Source of the DNA: Selaginella moellendorffii
Taxonomy: Eukaryota; Plantae; Lycopodiophyta
Assembly: GCF_000143415.4 (NCBI RefSeq)
Contig: NW_003314264.1
Span: forward strand, 2,923,710-2,987,709
DNA length: 64,000 bases
Direction of reading: 5' to 3'
The position numbers and the translations under genes are program-made. Below the pieces are notes generated by a model. It was given only the letters and a program-made list of their open reading frames with translations. It ran no database searches and was not told the origin of the DNA. Within the stretch, counting starts at the first letter, position 1, and the number at the start of each line of letters is the position of its first letter. This document shows positions 60,601-64,000 of the stretch, one piece after another.

Positions 60601-63600
60601 GGCACCTTAACAGAGTTGCCAAGAGGTACTTGGTCTTCTAGACCTCCAAGTTGTTGACTATAACCCCGGGGGCATCCCCCACACTTGGCGGTGCACCCAA
60701 GCCAGCCCTTACGGCCAAGGGTTCATAGCAACTGAGATTAGGTGTCCCCATCTCACTCACCACGACCTTGGTGCCACTTGCACCAAAGCGTTCAAGTTAG
60801 ATGTGCTGAGCTTTCACACTAAGCAATCTAACCGTGCATCACGACTCCGAGGCATCCCTCGCTTGGCGGTGTGCCCAAACCAGTCTCCCCACTGAGAGTC
60901 CATGACCACCGAAATATGAGTGTCCTCATATTCCAAACCATCACCACGCCCTAGTGATTTGGGACTCGAACCCAAGCACTAGAGGGTCGGGACTCGAACC
61001 CAACCTCCGTATATGCATCTACGGACGGCATCACACAAGATGCCTGGCGTGACTCCCCACGCCGGTGCACCACCTTATTTTTAAAGCGCGCTACAGATCA
61101 CAGCTTAGGAACCTAGTTCCTCCACACTGCCAAGTCCTCTCACTTGACATGTCTGTGATCATGCATGGACTCCTCCATGCTCGGCCCCATGGCCCACCCT
61201 TTTTGAAGTTATCACCTTCAACTAGGGTATTTGTTCCCCCGACGTGCCAATCTCGCTTGGCAAGTCCTCCGACCACTGTAACATGGTTCCTGCATAAGCG
61301 TGAAAGTCCTTGACCATCGACTTTCGTTCAAAGCCCTCTCTTTGAACACTCAAGAACTACTTCCCTAACCTTGATAGCCTTGCCTCATGGCAAGCTTTAA
61401 GACCACGCTTCTGCTGCGCCACTCTGATTTCGCGCATTCCATGAACCATTTACACTTGGCCTTTCTAGGTACTAAGCTACCTAGAATCGTCTTTGGGAAC
61501 CTTGAAGGAACTCTGTCCCTCAGCTTGCTAAGGCCTCCCTTTTTGCAAGCCTTCCAAATGCCACATAGTCTAACATGGACAATTCCATATTTTAGACTCT
61601 CCATGGCATCACGGTTGCTAGCAGCAACACCCTCGAGCCCCCACTTGATTCTCCACTCCCAGCTGGCATAACCAACCTTGGTTATGCCCTTTGATTCCTA
61701 CGGTTCGGTTCTATCCCCTTACTTCTTGCTTTTTGGCTTCACACCTTTCCTTTGGTCATTCTCCTCCAGACAAGGAGGATAGCTTTGCACTTTCTATCAT
61801 GCTTTAGCAAGTATTCTTAGGGATGAACCTACCCAATAGCCCAGGGAGTGGTTCCTCAATCCGGGTATGCTCACCTTATAATCCCACACACTGAGATTAC
61901 ATTGTTGCTTATGGGCCTTTACATGCCTATCACTAGCCTTGCCAAAATTCCATTTTTGGCTTTGTCCAACTCGGGTAGACAGTCCTCTCCTGTCTCCGCA
62001 ACCTTGGACATTTGGATAGCACCTTCTATCCATCATTCGTTAGGGACTTAGTCCCTTGGGCTTTATCCATTGCCCTTGCGATATCAAACACCACCTTCTG
62101 GTGTTCTAGAGTGTTCGGGTGTCCCAATGATGGCTTTCTTGACAATGAGTATTTCCTTTTATGACATTGACTTACTATATCGCAACACAAGCAACTTATC
62201 CCCCGTAAGGGTATATCCAACTTCCCTATGCTATTAAGAAGTCTTGGGTAGCTACCTTCTACCCGTTTAACCAGTTATTTTGCACCTCTTGCTTAGTTGC
62301 CTCATAGTTGTCAAGTCCTACAACTCATTGTTTGGTGCTTTCACACCTCCATCATTATCTGGGTCACCACACTCCAATTGCATGCTCTGCAGCTTAGGCT
62401 ATGCCATTCCCATTTCCATTGGGATTCCTTTGGCAAGGGGTTCTCATGAACCCACCAACATAGCCTCAAGGTATCACACCTTGGCACATTTGGTGTCTCC
62501 ACACCATCGGCTCCACGAGCCTACCTCTATGACATTTCCCCTTCGTGTCTAAGTCTTTGCCAAGACCAACACCGCTCTTTCTCATGCCAACCATCTGTTA
62601 GCACTGCACCATAGAAGTCACACACAACTTTATGTCAAAGTTGTTTTCTTCTGAGAACACCTTTCCCACAACTTTAGCATGGCACATTTTGCCATCGATG
62701 AGATACCCTCTGTTCTCATCCTTGGATCCTATGATCCCCCCCCCATCCTTTGTGGGGAACAACACACCTCAGTCCAAATGCTTCCATCAGTCCTTTTAGG
62801 ACCATCCGTTGACTCTACTTGAGTCATCCAGCAGTTTTGGACTTGGTTAATCCACAGACCCGAAAGGTCCTACTTGTGAGGCACTAGCTCACTGGAATAC
62901 ACTTCTTGCATTCCTGTCCTACTCAAAAGGACTATTTTCACAAGTGTTACTCTGACACTTGATTTTGTTCTCTGGGGGCAACCTTTGCCCCTTAGGACTA
63001 CTTGTCCATGTGATGAGAACATCAACTCATCCACTTAATACACCCCCAACTCCTTGGGTTGTTCCAGCATTTATTAGAGGTAGCCCCGGCTACCTTTTCA
63101 AGGACTTGAGTCCTCTTCCGTATTTGACCTCCCACGGTCATTACTTCTGGTCTCACATTCATGAGCACCAACCTCAACTATATGAGGAAAATCTTGTGAC
63201 TCCTTTATTGCTTTGGAGTCTTTATCTTTCCCGTGATCCCAACTGTAGTTGTTTACCACAACTACATTAGCCAGTTTGCTAAGTCAAATGCTCATCTGGA
63301 TCACATCCTCAACTCTTTGAGGAAAACCATATACTGTTCCCAAGATCCCAAAGTCGTTCCATTATTGGCCCTTTTCTATCCACCACCTCGTCTACAAGTT
63401 CACACATGAACTGTAATGGAGAGCCATGTCTTCCCGACTTGCTACTCCTCAAGGATAGGCCCACTCCTCGGACCTTCCGATGCCAACACTAGTGGTGATA
63501 TACTTGAGCACCAATAAAAGTCGGACTAAGGAACAGCTCCGATACCAAGTTGTAAGCGACTAAATTTTCCATTCTACTTTAGTCACTTAACCACACCTCT

Positions 63601-64000
63601 GACCACTTGGAGGAGTCTCATTCACAACCTCCATAAGTCCAATCCAGGACTTGGGACTTGCTAGCCCCGAGAATAGCATCCATGCCACTCAACATTTGCA
63701 CTTGGTCCAAGTGCTCCACGTGTCCGATCCCATGACCGACACTCAAAGGTACCACCGACATAGCAGCCCGTTACGCTAAGGCCATGCCCAATCACCTTTG
63801 CCACACTAGTAGTCCAATACCACTTGCATCACCGTCTTGGCTCTCCAAGACTAGGCAAACCATCCGTGAGTGGTCATCTCAGATCCACTCCTTAGCATCC
63901 TTAGGATGCCCACCGACAAGGGGAATAGCCTTCCCCAATATCCCTCTGTCAGTCCCCACTAAGTCCCTTTTCGCCCCTGGCCTTGTTTGCCAACACTGCC
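57651..64000 (-). mobile_element. Family A copy 3: 3' LTR 57651-59452, interior 59453-63550, 5' LTR from 63551 running off the window
   Basis: Same termini as copy 1; PPT at about 59467-59453; PBS TGGTATCGGAGC at 63547-63536; interior colinear with copy 1. The visible 450 nt of the two LTRs differ at only about 2 positions. Confidence 0.95.
60660..61071 (-). ncRNA. Candidate structured cis-acting RNA domain in the family A interior (copy 3)
   Basis: Same hairpin array as 38790-39201. Here both T-arm mimics carry an intact GGTTCGAGTCC. Confidence 0.55.

Overview
Land-plant nuclear DNA. The very short (about 50-80 nt) introns, tiny intergenic spaces and S-motif-rich PLS PPR gene suggest a compact lycophyte genome such as Selaginella (inference, not a database result). 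The window has two halves. 1-34.3 kb is gene-dense, with 17 protein genes and one tRNA-Ala(CGC): two convergent trihelix TFs, a C2/class-3 lipase, a UTR5-like nucleotide-sugar transporter, G6P 1-epimerase, two convergent uL18-like genes, a kelch/NSP-like gene, a neprosin/DUF239 gene, plastid S17, an intronless TAF15b, a CofD/YvcK-like gene, starch synthase I, a 2OG-Fe(II) oxygenase-like gene, a PAQR/HHP gene, GAPN and a PLS-E PPR. 34.3-64 kb is a nest of LTR retrotransposons from three families, labelled here C, A and B. Family C is an old decayed Ty3/gypsy host element. Family A is a young, apparently non-autonomous element with 1.7-1.8 kb LTRs carrying 6/12-bp tandem repeats; it occurs as one complete copy with a CTTGC TSD, one rearranged copy and one copy running off the window. 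Family B is a decayed gypsy-like element with a TRIM-like tandem array. The most striking unexplained signal is a roughly 410-nt block inside family A made of back-to-back hairpins. It includes a duplicated multi-hairpin module with compensatory changes and two tandem tRNA T-arm/B-box mimics, and it is far better conserved between copies than its flanks. Exon boundaries were read by eye and are approximate unless stated.
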